64,000 nt of DNA. Origin: Thermodesulfobacteriota bacterium (GTDB lineage Bacteria > Desulfobacterota > Desulfobulbia > Desulfobulbales > Desulfocapsaceae). The notes under the pieces are model-generated. The model was given only the letters and a program-made list of their open reading frames with translations. It had not been told where the DNA came from and did no database searches. Below, piece by piece: positions 1 through 10,155 of this stretch (the first letter of the stretch is position 1; each line of letters starts with the position of its first letter). The translations under genes and the position numbers were made by a program. The stretch is from contig JAYEOK010000168.1 in the NCBI GenBank assembly GCA_034722915.1, positions 6,016 through 70,015 on the forward strand. The letters run 5' to 3'.

Positions 1-2
1 AC

Positions 3-245
3 ATGAAAGAAAACCTCGGTACGGCAATCGTCATTGAAGGAAATTGTGATGAGCGGGGAACCAGCGAATACAACTTAGCACTAGGTGAACGACGTGCCAT
101 CAACGCCAAGGAATATTTGGTGAACCTTGGTATCAGCCCGACACGGATTCGTACTGTCAGTTACGGTGAGGAACGTCCCCTTTTTACAGACCAGAATGAA
201 CTGGACTGGTCTCAGAACAGAAGGGCTGATTTTATCGTTGAATAG
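3..245 (+). CDS. pal: Peptidoglycan-associated lipoprotein Pal, OmpA-like C-terminal part (gene probably starts before the window)
   Basis: [22 protein letters not shown] ... TVSYGEERP ... NRRADF OmpA/Pal signature. Confidence 0.9.
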   Translation: MKENLGTAIVIEGNCDERGTSEYNLALGERRAINAKEYLVNLGISPTRIRTVSYGEERPLFTDQNELDWSQNRRADFIVE

Positions 246-267
246 CCTGTCTGTTACACATTCAAAC

Positions 268-309
268 AAAAAAAGGGGCTTGGAAGATTTCTTCCACGTC
301 CCTTTTTTT
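268..309. terminator. Bidirectional intrinsic terminator between convergent pal and cmk
   Basis: A-tract, GGG..TGGAAG-ATTT-CTTCCA..CCC stem, then T-tract. Confidence 0.7.
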
Positions 310-414
310 GCTGATTACGTATCGTAAAATACCAACTTTCGTTTCCTTCCCAACTAAATTGTGATACCTGTCCTAATGGAATCGTGAACGAATATTTTCG
401 TTGAAGAGCCGAGT

Positions 415-520
415 CTGGGAGCCTGTCCGGGAATGCCCTTTCTCCCCAACTCTTCGTTATTTGAAAAAATAATGCTCAGAATATTAAGTATATGCCTGCG
501 CTTATTTCTTCTCAAATCAC
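415..520. mobile_element. Truncated copy of the CTAG-type MITE family
   Basis: CTGGGAGCCTGTCCGGGAATGCCCTTTCTCCCCAACTCTTCGTTATTTGAAAAAATAATGCTC matches 63242..63300 and the reverse complement of the 41756..41902 right half. Confidence 0.7.
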
Positions 521-736
521 TGTACCGTCCCCATTGCATGTCTGATGTTATACGGATCCTTTCTCTATACTGTCAAAACCAAAGTGTTAACAAAATCACG
601 TTTGATTGGGATCAAAAGTGCACGAGGGAGCGGGAAAACTACTTTATTACTTCAGTATGCCTTATCTTCGGTATGAATTATTGATATTGGTTTAAAGGCT
701 CAATTCCTTACGACGAACTTCACTTTGTATACACAA

Positions 737-1426
737 TTATGTTGCAGCTTCAATTGCGTTCAGCATAGCCCGCGTCACCCCGTCAATGCTCAGTACACCA
801 GTGTCAACAACCTGAGCATCCTCTGCCTTGCACAGAGGTGCTATGGAACGAGTCTGGTCATCATGATCACGCTTAATGATCATGGCTAAAAGATCTTCCT
901 CATTCACCTTTTTTCCCTGGCCACGAAGCTGCTTGGCCCGCCTTTGCATCCGTACTTCCGGAGCAGCTTCAAGGTAAAACTTCCAGGTAGCATGAGGGAA
1001 AACAACGGTTCCTGTGTCTCGCCCTTCGGCCACAATCTTTCCAGCGCTACCGATCTCCTGCTGCATTTGAGTGAGTTTTTCACGAACAGCAGGCAATGCA
1101 GATACAGCAGATGCAAGCATGGCCATTTCAGGACTGCGAATATCCTGACTCACATCTCGACCATCGAGCACCACTCCCACATCTTCACGCTCTTCTGTTG
1201 CTGGTGTCAGCTTCAGGGAAATTGTTGCTAAACACTCACGGACAGCAGTATCGTTGTCCAGCTCAATTCCAGCTTCCTTAAGCTTTAGCCCCACAGCCCT
1301 GTACATGGCACCGGTGTCAAGGTAGGTGAAAGACAGAGCCGCAGCTACCCTGCGACTGATGGTTGATTTCCCCACGCCTGAAGGGCCATCAATGGTGACA
1401 ATCTGCTGCGAATGTTTAGGAGACAT
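737..1426 (-). CDS. cmk: Cytidylate kinase
   Basis: IVTIDGPSGVGKST P-loop, YLDTGAMYRA, AEGRDTGTVVFP; start placed at ATG 1426, overlapping the hisC stop. Confidence 0.95.
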   Translation of the reverse strand: MSPKHSQQIVTIDGPSGVGKSTISRRVAAALSFTYLDTGAMYRAVGLKLKEAGIELDNDTAVRECLATISLKLTPATEEREDVGVVLDGRDVSQDIRSPEMAMLASAVSALPAVREKLTQMQQEIGSAGKIVAEGRDTGTVVFPHATWKFYLEAAPEVRMQRRAKQLRGQGKKVNEEDLLAMIIKRDHDDQTRSIAPLCKAEDAQVVDTGVLSIDGVTRAMLNAIEAAT

Positions 1427-2531
1427 AACCAAGTTCACGAAGACAGATGCCCAGTGTACGAATAAAACGATAATTTTCCTCGCTTGTACCAACAGTCACC
1501 CGGATAACATTGGTGTAGCCGTAGGCCTTCATTGATCGTATGATCACTCCTTGATGCAGCATCGATTCGTAAAGTACAGTCGCATCACCTTTTACATCAA
1601 TAAGGAAAAAATTTGTCTGCGACGAATAACTGGTGCAGCCCAGTTTTTCCACTTCTTTTTGCAGCCAGGCCATGCCCTCTCTGGTTTTCTGCAGGGTTGC
1701 CTGGTAAAATTCAGTATCATTCAATGCTGCAATGGCGGCCACCTGCGCAAGTTGATTCACATTAAACGGCTGCCTTACCCGATGGAGATAAGCGGCAACC
1801 TCAGCACTCATCAAGCCATAGCCCACACGAATCCCGGCAAGGCCATAAGCTTTTGAAAAGGTACGCAGGGCCACAACCCCGCAACGGCCTTTTGAATTCT
1901 GAATGAGAGAATACACATCCACCTGTACCTCAGGATCCATGAAATCAACATAAGCCTCATCCAGCACCACAATGACCGACTCCGGCACAGTGCTGAGAAA
2001 GGTGTACAGCTCCCCGGGGTTAATGGCTGTTGCTGTCGGATTATTCGGATTATCCAGGAAAATTAAGCGAGTGCGGTCACTAATATTTTCAAGAATAGCC
2101 TTAAGATCGTGATGCATTTCTTTCAGAGGAAGGATCTTATTGACTCCGCCGCGAACCTGAACCACCTTCTGGTACATAAGAAAAGACGGATGACTGGTGA
2201 TTACTTCATCCCCTTTTTCCACATAGGCCTTAACCAGAAATTCAATAATATCATCGGATCCATTACCAACGACCACTTCTTCAGGGGAAAATCCCATCTT
2301 ATCGGCAATGGCCTGCACCAGGTAATAATTAGATCCATCCGGGTATCGGTGCAGCGTGGTTAAGGCTTCGCTGATGGCTTGAATGGCTTTGGGTGAAGAT
2401 CCCCAGGCATTTTCATTGGAGGCCAGCTTAATGGAGTCTTTTACCCCATATTCCCGCTCCAGCTCCTCTATGGGCTTTCCCGGTGGATAGGGAATAATCG
2501 ACTTTATATTTTCAGGAACCTGTATTTTCAC
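1416..2531 (-). CDS. hisC: Histidinol-phosphate aminotransferase
   Basis: YPPGKPIEEL, KLASNEN, DNPNNPT, DEAY, LRTFSKAYGLAGIRVGY PLP-lysine motif. Confidence 0.95.
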   Translation of the reverse strand: MKIQVPENIKSIIPYPPGKPIEELEREYGVKDSIKLASNENAWGSSPKAIQAISEALTTLHRYPDGSNYYLVQAIADKMGFSPEEVVVGNGSDDIIEFLVKAYVEKGDEVITSHPSFLMYQKVVQVRGGVNKILPLKEMHHDLKAILENISDRTRLIFLDNPNNPTATAINPGELYTFLSTVPESVIVVLDEAYVDFMDPEVQVDVYSLIQNSKGRCGVVALRTFSKAYGLAGIRVGYGLMSAEVAAYLHRVRQPFNVNQLAQVAAIAALNDTEFYQATLQKTREGMAWLQKEVEKLGCTSYSSQTNFFLIDVKGDATVLYESMLHQGVIIRSMKAYGYTNVIRVTVGTSEENYRFIRTLGICLRELGYVS

Positions 2532-2541
2532 TGTATGATCC

Positions 2542-4008
2542 TTAACTTAAGGAGATATCCGGGCATTTATTAGCAAGTTTCGTCCCCAATTCCAGGTTAT
2601 ATGCTGCCCGAAAAAGAGTGTCTTCGCGAAAATGAGGCCCCTGCAGTTGAATACCAATGGGGAGCCCATCGCTGCTAAAACCTCCTGGTACAGATATTCC
2701 CGGGATACCTGCAAGGTTCGAGGAAATGGTTAAAATATCGGAAAGGTAAAGAGCCAGGGGATCATCAGCGTAAACTCCCAGTTTCCATGCAGGGGTAGGT
2801 GTTACCGGCGAAATGAGCAGATCGCAGGATTCATAGGCCTTTTGGAAGTCCTCAAGAATGAGAGTACGAACCTGGGAGGCCTTTTTATAATAGGCATCAT
2901 AATAGCCAGAGGACAGCGCATAGGTACCGATAAGGATACGACGCTTCACTTCATCACCAAAACCATGAGATCGGGTTTCCCGATACATATCAATGAGTGA
3001 CTCTGCATCTTGATTGCGATATCCGTACACTACCCCATCATAACGGGCCAGATTGGAACTGGCTTCTGCTGAGGCAATCAGATAATAAACAGCCACGCAA
3101 TACTCAGTATGCGGTAAAGAAACATCCACGATCTCAGCCCCTGCATCTTTCAGGATCTGTATTCCATTTTTCACCACTCCGGCCACTTCCGAATCCAGCC
3201 CTTCTGCAAAATACTCACTTGGAATTCCAATCGTGAGTCCCTTCATTCCTTTCGTAAGAGATGCCGTAAAATCAGCGAGTTCCTGTTTTACAGAGGTGGA
3301 ATCGCGCTTATCGTAACCAGCAATACCATTCATCATCATAGCAGAATCCGTGACATCTCTGGTCAACGGGCCTATCTGATCAAGAGATGAGGCAAAGGCA
3401 ACCAGACCATAACGGGAAACGCGACCATAGGTAGGTTTTATTCCAACCACACCGCAAAGTGATGCGGGTTGCCTGATTGAACCGCCCGTATCCGAGCCGA
3501 GTGAACCAAGGCATTCCATGCCGGCCACCGATGTTGCCGATCCTCCGGATGAACCCCCTGCAACATAGCCACTTTTCCAGGGATTTTCAGGGACACCAAA
3601 GGCACAATTTTCAGAAGTGGATCCCATGGCAAATTCATCCATGGCAACTTTTCCGACAATAACCGCGCCTTGATTCTTCAACTTTTCCACAACTGTTGCG
3701 TCGTAGGGAGGAACAAAATTCTCCAGTATTTTTGAACCGCAGGTGGTGGTCACCCCGTTTGTGCAGAGGAGATCTTTCATGGAAAGAGGGATACCACAGA
3801 GCGGTTCTACCGTGCCGGCAGCAATCTGTTTGTCTGCCGCATCAGCCTGCTTCAAAGCCTCTTCTTCAGTAACAAGAAGAAAGGAATGGATATCTTCATC
3901 CACATCTTTGATACGAGCCAGACAGCTCTCTGTCAGTTCACGGGATGAAATCTTCCCACCATCAAGTTCTGCTCGTGCCTGACCAATTGTCAGTTCATAT
4001 GGGTTCAT
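2542..4008 (-). CDS. gatA: Asp/Glu-tRNA amidotransferase subunit A
   Basis: Amidase signature GGSSGGSA, GSDTGGSIRQPA, EVKRRILIGTYALSSGYYDAYY. Confidence 0.97.
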   Translation of the reverse strand: MNPYELTIGQARAELDGGKISSRELTESCLARIKDVDEDIHSFLLVTEEEALKQADAADKQIAAGTVEPLCGIPLSMKDLLCTNGVTTTCGSKILENFVPPYDATVVEKLKNQGAVIVGKVAMDEFAMGSTSENCAFGVPENPWKSGYVAGGSSGGSATSVAGMECLGSLGSDTGGSIRQPASLCGVVGIKPTYGRVSRYGLVAFASSLDQIGPLTRDVTDSAMMMNGIAGYDKRDSTSVKQELADFTASLTKGMKGLTIGIPSEYFAEGLDSEVAGVVKNGIQILKDAGAEIVDVSLPHTEYCVAVYYLIASAEASSNLARYDGVVYGYRNQDAESLIDMYRETRSHGFGDEVKRRILIGTYALSSGYYDAYYKKASQVRTLILEDFQKAYESCDLLISPVTPTPAWKLGVYADDPLALYLSDILTISSNLAGIPGISVPGGFSSDGLPIGIQLQGPHFREDTLFRAAYNLELGTKLANKCPDISLS

Positions 4009-4086
4009 TACAATAAAGCCTCAAAATAAAAAAAGAACCATAAAGGCTCAAAAATGTTTTTCTACACAACAGATAATCACCTGTTG

Positions 4087-4371
4087 TCAAATAATTTTTG
4101 GTACTATAAATGCTTCACCATTTACCCTGGGTCCGTTGGCTAAAGCCTCATCTCTTGGTAGAGAGTCCTGTACTTCATCTTCCCGAAAGGCATTATTGAT
4201 GGAAAAAGCATGGGTGGTGGGAGCGACCTTCGCGGTATCCAGTTCATCGAGTTTAGCCACATAAGAAAGGATGGTATCGAGTTGTCCGGTCATCCTGGCC
4301 AGTTCTTCGTCGCTCAAATTCAATTTGGCGAGGTCTGCAACATGTTCAACTTCTTCACGTGTAATTTTCAT
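4087..4371 (-). CDS. gatC: Asp/Glu-tRNA amidotransferase subunit C
   Basis: MKITREEVEHVADLAKL ... FREDEV ... FIVPKII; directly upstream of gatA. Confidence 0.95.
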   Translation of the reverse strand: MKITREEVEHVADLAKLNLSDEELARMTGQLDTILSYVAKLDELDTAKVAPTTHAFSINNAFREDEVQDSLPRDEALANGPRVNGEAFIVPKII

Positions 4372-4405
4372 TTATTGATATATTTAAGCGTTGGTTTGTA
4401 TTTTG

Positions 4406-5518
4406 TTAATTATCCGATTCAAGGCTAAAACCCTCGTCGCTATATTCACGGGAAAAAGCATCTCCGGTGGAGGTAAAATCAACGATGGCCTTACTGAATA
4501 CCATAACACACTGTTCATCAAACTGACTTCCCGCGCACCTGTTGAGCTCTGTCACAGCGTCTTCCATGTTCATATTCCGTCGATAATTTCGTTTGGAAGT
4601 CATGGCGTCATAGCTATCAACAACCATCAAGATCTTGGTCAACAGGTCAAGGTCATTGCCCTCCAGTCCGTCAGGGTATCCTTTTCCGTCCACTCGTTCG
4701 TGATGGTGACGAATGATAAATTGCTCCCTGTTCATAAATCCAAGAGGTTTAATAATGTTTGCTCCAATACCAGGATGTTTTCTAATAAGAACCCACTCCT
4801 CGTCGGTAAGTTTTCCGGGTTTCTGAATACAGGAAAGATCGATCACCAGCTTACCGATATCATGAAACTGGGCTGCACGACGCAAAACAACCAAATCAGA
4901 TTCCGAAATAGCCATGGCAAGACCAAGAAGAACCGCATATTCGGTCACCCGTATGGTATGTCCAGCCGTATAAAAATCTTTTTCCTCCATGGCATTCTGG
5001 AGGCTGGTCATCAGCTGAACAGTAGCATTCTCCAGGCTATGGCTATAGGTAAGCAGGAGCTTGTTAGTCTCTTCCAGTTCTGTAGCTTTTGCCCGAACGT
5101 CATCCTCCAACTCCCGCTTATAGTGCCGCTCCCGACGGATAAACATTCGTTTCTCAATGGCACGACGGATTTTCACATTGAAAATATCCAGATCTTCAAT
5201 GGGCTTGGTCAAAAAATCATAGGCCCCAAGATTAATGGCCTTGACCGCATAATCCATGGAACCGGCTCCGGTGAGGAAGATGACAGGAATTTCATATTCC
5301 AGCTCATTCAACAGGCGGATGGTTTCAAACCCATCCATACCAGGCATATTAATATCGAGAATGATCACATCGTAGGAATCATCCACAATCTCTGCTACAT
5401 ACTTTCCATCATTGACCGAAGTGACGGTATGGCCAAACATTTCCAGAATTTTCGACACAGTAGTGCGTACCATGTTATCATCATCAGCGACCAGAATTTT
5501 TGCCTGTATTCCTTCCAA
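4406..5518 (-). CDS. Response regulator with HD-GYP c-di-GMP phosphodiesterase domain (RpfG-like)
   Basis: Receiver ADDD...LDINMPGMDG...KP; HTIRV, FHDIGK, HHERVDGKGYPDG. Confidence 0.92.
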   Translation of the reverse strand: MEGIQAKILVADDDNMVRTTVSKILEMFGHTVTSVNDGKYVAEIVDDSYDVIILDINMPGMDGFETIRLLNELEYEIPVIFLTGAGSMDYAVKAINLGAYDFLTKPIEDLDIFNVKIRRAIEKRMFIRRERHYKRELEDDVRAKATELEETNKLLLTYSHSLENATVQLMTSLQNAMEEKDFYTAGHTIRVTEYAVLLGLAMAISESDLVVLRRAAQFHDIGKLVIDLSCIQKPGKLTDEEWVLIRKHPGIGANIIKPLGFMNREQFIIRHHHERVDGKGYPDGLEGNDLDLLTKILMVVDSYDAMTSKRNYRRNMNMEDAVTELNRCAGSQFDEQCVMVFSKAIVDFTSTGDAFSREYSDEGFSLESDN

Positions 5519-5618
5519 ACCTTTTATCCCCGAAAAAATCGAATGGTCAAGTAATTAACCAGATACGAGAAAGCTTCAAGACACTCTCAAGTTGCGAAAA
5601 CATTTACTCCTGAGAATT

Positions 5619-6683
5619 TTACCGTTTCCAAAATCTTTTTGCAACATTCCTTGCCTGATCAATTGCAGGATGTACAGATTTTGCCTTGATCAGCTCAGCC
5701 GCACGCCTCTCATCAAGATTTGTTGAATAGCCAGTATCCAGTGCTGCCCCATAAAGTTCAGACAACACAGCCATAGCTCCGTCACGCTGGCCAGCCAGAT
5801 CATAACCACCTTCGAGTGTAATCAGAAGCTTTCCTCCGCACATTTCTTCGGCCAGTTCAACCATACATCTTGTCAAATAGGCAAAACCATCTGCTGTCAC
5901 TTCCATGGCACCTAAAGGATCACCCTTGTAGATATCAAAGCCGCATGAAACAAGAATCAACTCCGGTTGATACTGCCTCCCCACCGGTACAACGATATCA
6001 TTAAAAATCGTCGCATAATCAACATCTCCCTGGTACCCGGGAAGGGGAATATTTACCGTATACCCCTCGCCTTTACCCTTTCCTGTTTCACTCACATCAC
6101 CAGTGCCGGGATAATAGGGAAATTGATGGGTGGAGACATATAACACCTTGTCTGAATCATAAAAAGAATGCTGAGTACCATTGCCATGATGGAGATCCCA
6201 GTCCACGATCATCACCCTCTTCAAACCGCAATGAGTTATTGCGTAATGGGCTGCCACCGCAACATTGTTAAAGAGACAAAAGCCCATTGATCGATCAGTC
6301 TCAGCATGGTGACCGGGAGGACGAACAAATGCGAAACCATTGTCTATTTCTCCTGCAAGAAGAAGATCCACCCCTTTTATGAGAGCTCCAACCGCAAGCG
6401 TTGCAGCAGCATAAGAATCAGGTGATGTTTTAGTATCCGGATCAAGGGCATCAAAAATTTTGCCGGCTGTTTCTGCTACCCGGTTCATGAGATCAGAGCT
6501 ATGATTCAACCCGATAATTTTGTGAGGAGCAGGAACAAACCCAGGATACAGAAAACAGTCCTTCACCTCTTTTTTATCAAGCACTTCATTGATCACCTTC
6601 AGACGCTGCGGTGATTCCGGATGATCAAACCCGGGATCATGATCCATAAAAAGAGGATCTCTGAATATTGCTGTCTTACGCAT
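5619..6683 (-). CDS. Histone deacetylase-family amidohydrolase
   Basis: HPESPQRL, RPPGHHA, GFCLFNNVA, DWDLHHGNGTQ, LEGGY; RBS GAGG before ATG 6683. Confidence 0.92.
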   Translation of the reverse strand: MRKTAIFRDPLFMDHDPGFDHPESPQRLKVINEVLDKKEVKDCFLYPGFVPAPHKIIGLNHSSDLMNRVAETAGKIFDALDPDTKTSPDSYAAATLAVGALIKGVDLLLAGEIDNGFAFVRPPGHHAETDRSMGFCLFNNVAVAAHYAITHCGLKRVMIVDWDLHHGNGTQHSFYDSDKVLYVSTHQFPYYPGTGDVSETGKGKGEGYTVNIPLPGYQGDVDYATIFNDIVVPVGRQYQPELILVSCGFDIYKGDPLGAMEVTADGFAYLTRCMVELAEEMCGGKLLITLEGGYDLAGQRDGAMAVLSELYGAALDTGYSTNLDERRAAELIKAKSVHPAIDQARNVAKRFWKR

Positions 6684-6691
6684 AGTGTTCC

Positions 6692-7288
6692 TCAAAGTCT
6701 ATAACGATTTCCAACTACAATACGTTCTTCAGTCACAATAAAATCCAAAAACTCGTCATGATCCTGCAAAGGCGCATGTTCTACCATCTGCATCTCGTAG
6801 GCAAGCCCCACCCGCAGAGCCTGGGGGGCTTTTGCCGAAACAAATCGATCATAATAACCACCTCCGTAGCCCATTCTCCCTCCCCGTTCATCAAAAACCG
6901 ATCCAGGAAGAAAAATAATATCAATTATATCAGGAGAAACCATCTGTTTTTCTCTTATTGCGACAATCGGCTCCAGGATGGAAGAGTAGCCTGGTGCCAA
7001 CTCACTGACCGGGTCGGTGATCGAAACAGCAAGCAGATCTTTTTCTTTGACAAGGGTAACAGGAACAGTCACTGTTTTCCCACATTCCAGCATATATTTA
7101 ATTAAAGGTGTGGTCGCCACCTCAGAACGAAAATCAACATAGGTAAAAACGGTTGCAGCAGACTGAAATTGCGTCATTTTGATGATGCTTTTCATAATCA
7201 AACTGCTGTACTCTTTTTGCTCAGCCTTACTTAATGAATCGCGATCAGTAAGAATATTGTTTCGCAGTTTTGCGGAGTTCATAATCAT
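6692..7288 (-). CDS. 5-formyltetrahydrofolate cyclo-ligase
   Basis: FRSEVAT, PGSVFDERGGRMGYGGGYYDRF, PLQDHDEFLDFIVTE. Confidence 0.92.
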   Translation of the reverse strand: MIMNSAKLRNNILTDRDSLSKAEQKEYSSLIMKSIIKMTQFQSAATVFTYVDFRSEVATTPLIKYMLECGKTVTVPVTLVKEKDLLAVSITDPVSELAPGYSSILEPIVAIREKQMVSPDIIDIIFLPGSVFDERGGRMGYGGGYYDRFVSAKAPQALRVGLAYEMQMVEHAPLQDHDEFLDFIVTEERIVVGNRYRL

Positions 7289-7366
7289 GTTTTATAGAAC
7301 AAAATGCTAAGCCCGGTGATGAACGGGAAGGCCGGGACTTTTTTTTATTACGCCCTCAGAGTCTAA

Positions 7367-7472
7367 CCCGGTTCAACCGGAAACAATTCAGTTCACTGGA
7401 TAAGTGCCTTATCAGAATATGTTCAAAAAAAACAGGTAAGCGTAGACTCCGAGAAAATATTCTGTAAGGCAC
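7367..7472 (-). mobile_element. TTA-type mini-MITE stack (34-bp tail unit plus GTGCCTT-TIR body carrying a 17-bp micro-insert)
   Basis: TAA flanks at 7364-66 and 7473-75; reverse complement of 9000..9086 and 26145..26233. Confidence 0.8.
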
Positions 7473-7618
7473 TAACGCTCACCAGTGGGTGTTATTACCT
7501 TCACCAGATTCTTTTTAAGAATACACGAAAAAAATTTATAAGATACTCAATATCGAATAAGAAATTGTAAAATTTATGATTTGCGCGCCCAACATATGAA
7601 GCTTTTTGTTTGACCATC

Positions 7619-7664
7619 AAAAAAAAATCGCAGTTCCCACCAAAAGGTGGAAACTGCGATTTTA
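7619..7664 (-). terminator. Intrinsic terminator downstream of the YeeE gene
   Basis: AAAATCGCAGTT-CCACC-AAAA-GGTGG-AAACTGCGATTTT; the A-run reads as a U-tract on the minus strand. Confidence 0.8.
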
Positions 7665-7709
7665 TCATAATTCTCTACCCAAAAACAAAGAAATTGACAG
7701 CCCCTGAAA

Positions 7710-8969
7710 TCACATGGGTACAATCAATTTATTTGTATCTTCATTCCAGGTTACAATCAGATACCAGACCATCATGATAAAAGCAATCAAGAGAAGGGTT
7801 GGGCCATATCCCATGACATCAGGGAGATAAACATACGATCCGAGCATACCCTCTTTTTCCAGGTGGATCTCATCCGGGCCATAATTCTGGAACCATTTGG
7901 TCATCAGTGAGTTGGAAAGAGCAAAGAAAGGTACAACCATGATCAGTTTTATCTGGCCTTCGCCTACACGCCACAAAGTACCGGAACCACAACCACCGGC
8001 AAGCATGGCACCAAGACCAAAAATAAAACCACCAACCACACCACCCCAACCAAAAGTGCCACGCACATAGTTGATAGGATGGAGAACAGGATCGCCACCA
8101 TGGGCAATAGGTACACTGTATTTTAATACTGCACCACCGATGGCAAGCAGCAGAATGGACAGGGCAACAGATTTTGCAAGAGTACAGTCACCGGTCATAT
8201 GAGGCTCACGAAAACCCTGAACCATACACCAGCGTCCACGCTGCATGGTGTAACCAAGTGCTGCGGCAATCATAAGAATTCCAGAGAGCGATGCGATATA
8301 GTCGCTGTCTTCATTTCCTGCATAGACGTAAGCTCCCCCGATAAGAACAACAAGGGCACCTATTGCGAGAAGATTTTGAACTCCATTGGAAATATTAATA
8401 GTTCCGGAACCGCCGTCACCCCATGAAATGTATTCCATCTCCATGTACAGCAATTTCAAACCAAGAAGAACACCGATAACAAGTCCAAACCACATGGTAA
8501 AACCGTTTGCAGCAAGGTTTCCAATGGCGTTATACATTCCACCGACATTACAGCCACCGGCAAAGGTAGAACCAACACCCATTAAAATACCTGCAAGTAC
8601 AGCTTTGACCATTTCGCGGTGCGGGGGAATCCGAAAAGCAAAATCTTTTCCAAGACAGGCGGAAATAAAAGCACCTGCAACAAAGCCAATACCAATTACA
8701 GAACCTGAACTGGTAAAAATACCTTTAGGTGCCTCATCATAAAGGCCTAAAAGTCCGTTTTCAGCTCCTATAACGGTATTCAGTCCGTAAATAACCCAGT
8801 CACCCCAGTTTCTGATAGCACCAACCGCCCCCCAGGGACGCCACCAGGCCATAATCAGCAGAGAGAGAAAAGCAACAATGGCACCGACCGCTGTTGGATT
8901 CCACTCCGACTGACAACACGTTTTGTAAAGTGATTTCACCTTACTTTTCATCACACTTTCTTCACTCAT
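7710..8969 (-). CDS. YeeE/YedE-family sulfur-compound (thiosulfate-type) transporter
   Basis: Multi-TM; conserved Cys motifs GGCNVG, QRGRWC, LAGGCGSG. Confidence 0.9.
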   Translation of the reverse strand: MSEESVMKSKVKSLYKTCCQSEWNPTAVGAIVAFLSLLIMAWWRPWGAVGAIRNWGDWVIYGLNTVIGAENGLLGLYDEAPKGIFTSSGSVIGIGFVAGAFISACLGKDFAFRIPPHREMVKAVLAGILMGVGSTFAGGCNVGGMYNAIGNLAANGFTMWFGLVIGVLLGLKLLYMEMEYISWGDGGSGTINISNGVQNLLAIGALVVLIGGAYVYAGNEDSDYIASLSGILMIAAALGYTMQRGRWCMVQGFREPHMTGDCTLAKSVALSILLLAIGGAVLKYSVPIAHGGDPVLHPINYVRGTFGWGGVVGGFIFGLGAMLAGGCGSGTLWRVGEGQIKLIMVVPFFALSNSLMTKWFQNYGPDEIHLEKEGMLGSYVYLPDVMGYGPTLLLIAFIMMVWYLIVTWNEDTNKLIVPM

Positions 8970-8999
8970 ACCTCTCCTCCTTCCGTCAGATTATAATTA

Positions 9000-9183
9000 G
9001 TGCCTTACAGAATATTTTCTTTTTTTTTGAACATATTCTGATAAGGCACTTATCCAGTGAACTGAATGGTTTCCGGTTGAACCGGGTTAGTGCCTTACAG
9101 AATATTTTCTTGTTTTTTTCGCAGGAAATTTTCTGATAAGGCACTTATCCAGTGAACTTAACATTATTTTCGGTTAAACCGGG
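9000..9183 (+). mobile_element. Tandem pair of TTA-type mini-MITE stacks (body plus 34-bp tail, twice)
   Basis: TTA-GTGCCTTACAGAATATTTTC...TAAGGCAC-TTA-TCCAGTGAAC...AACCGGG-TTA repeated at 9000..9086 and 9090..9183. Confidence 0.85.
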
Positions 9184-9357
9184 TTCGTAACGGTGTTACT
9201 TATCCAAGTAAGAGTTTTCTTTACCCTTGCCCACAGCTTTTGTCAAGCATCTAAGGCACAAGAAGCGTTTTTTTTACACAAAAAAACAGTAACATTGAGC
9301 TATAAAAACAAGCAGTTAAGCACCAACGAAACACTTGAATAGCCATTCATTTTGCCC

Positions 9358-9386
9358 TTGACATAATCTCCCGCCTAAAGTATACG
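9358..9386 (+). promoter_or_regulatory. Candidate sigma70 promoter of the tusA-dsrE operon
   Basis: TTGACA-N17-TATACG about 115 bp upstream of tusA. Confidence 0.45.
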
Positions 9387-9501
9387 TCTGACTGTTATCG
9401 TATCAGTGTACTGTTGCTGTATACTGAGTGAAGCTTTTTCAGACAGAAAAACAATTACGTTTATCAGTCTACCGAAACAAAATTTCCAGGAGGAACATTA
9501 A

Positions 9502-9759
9502 ATGAGTGACATCAAAGTTGCTGAAGACGGACTTGCTGTAGCTGCTACACTTGACGCAAAAGGCCTGAGCTGCCCCATGCCTCTTCTTCGTACTAAAAAA
9601 GAAATTGGCAAAATCGCATCTGGTGAAATCCTCCAGATAGATGGTACCGATCCCGGTTCCCGTAATGATATCCCAGGCTGGTGTGCCCGCGCTGGACACG
9701 AGTATCTTGGAGAGAAAGAGGAATCCGGTTATATCAGCTTTTTCGTAAAAAAAGGTTGA
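9502..9759 (+). CDS. tusA: TusA/SirA-family sulfur carrier protein
   Basis: LDAKGLSCPMPLL (CPxP), GTDPGSRNDIPGWC; RBS AGGAGG. Confidence 0.92.
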   Translation: MSDIKVAEDGLAVAATLDAKGLSCPMPLLRTKKEIGKIASGEILQIDGTDPGSRNDIPGWCARAGHEYLGEKEESGYISFFVKKG

Positions 9760-9810
9760 TTAATTAGCAATTTCCAATTTAGTTTTTTTTTACACGGAGG
9801 ATAAAGCAAA

Positions 9811-10143
9811 ATGTCTGCTGATCCAAATAAACTCGCTGTTTTTGTAACCTCACCGCAGCATATGCGACACGTAATTGGTGTTGCTGAAGCTGCCAAGAAA
9901 GCCGGCAAACAACCCATGGTTTTCTTTACCTATAAATCAATCCATTTAACCAAAGATCCCCGTTTTGCAGCTCTTGCAGATCTTTGCGGAGAGGAAAATA
10001 TCGCCATTTGTGCTGACAGTTATACCTGCGAAGGTTATGACTCTGCTGCTGATATCCCTGCCGGTTTGAATGGCAACCAGATGCGAACTCAGGCATTCCA
10101 CGGCGCTCTGCTTGACGAGTGTGGAAAGTACATCGTATTATAA
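9811..10143 (+). CDS. DsrE-like sulfur relay protein
   Basis: 110 aa; LAVFVT...VFFT...ICADS DsrE/TusD-like pattern with a conserved Cys; RBS GGAGG; follows tusA. Confidence 0.7.
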   Translation: MSADPNKLAVFVTSPQHMRHVIGVAEAAKKAGKQPMVFFTYKSIHLTKDPRFAALADLCGEENIAICADSYTCEGYDSAADIPAGLNGNQMRTQAFHGALLDECGKYIVL

Positions 10144-10155
10144 GGAGCTTATGAA

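Noticed and set aside
4391-5554. 387-aa plus-strand ORF
   Set aside because: Exact antisense shadow of the HD-GYP response regulator, with no recognisable motifs.
7433-7441. CAG|GTAAG resembles a spliceosomal donor site in the 17-bp insert
   Set aside because: This is a bacterial genome with intergenic locations and no acceptor structure; treated as coincidence.
7289-7620. Possible 6S RNA upstream of the 5-formyl-THF cyclo-ligase (a common linkage)
   Set aside because: The space is occupied by MITE units and I could not see a 6S-like central-bulge hairpin; an Rfam scan would settle it.
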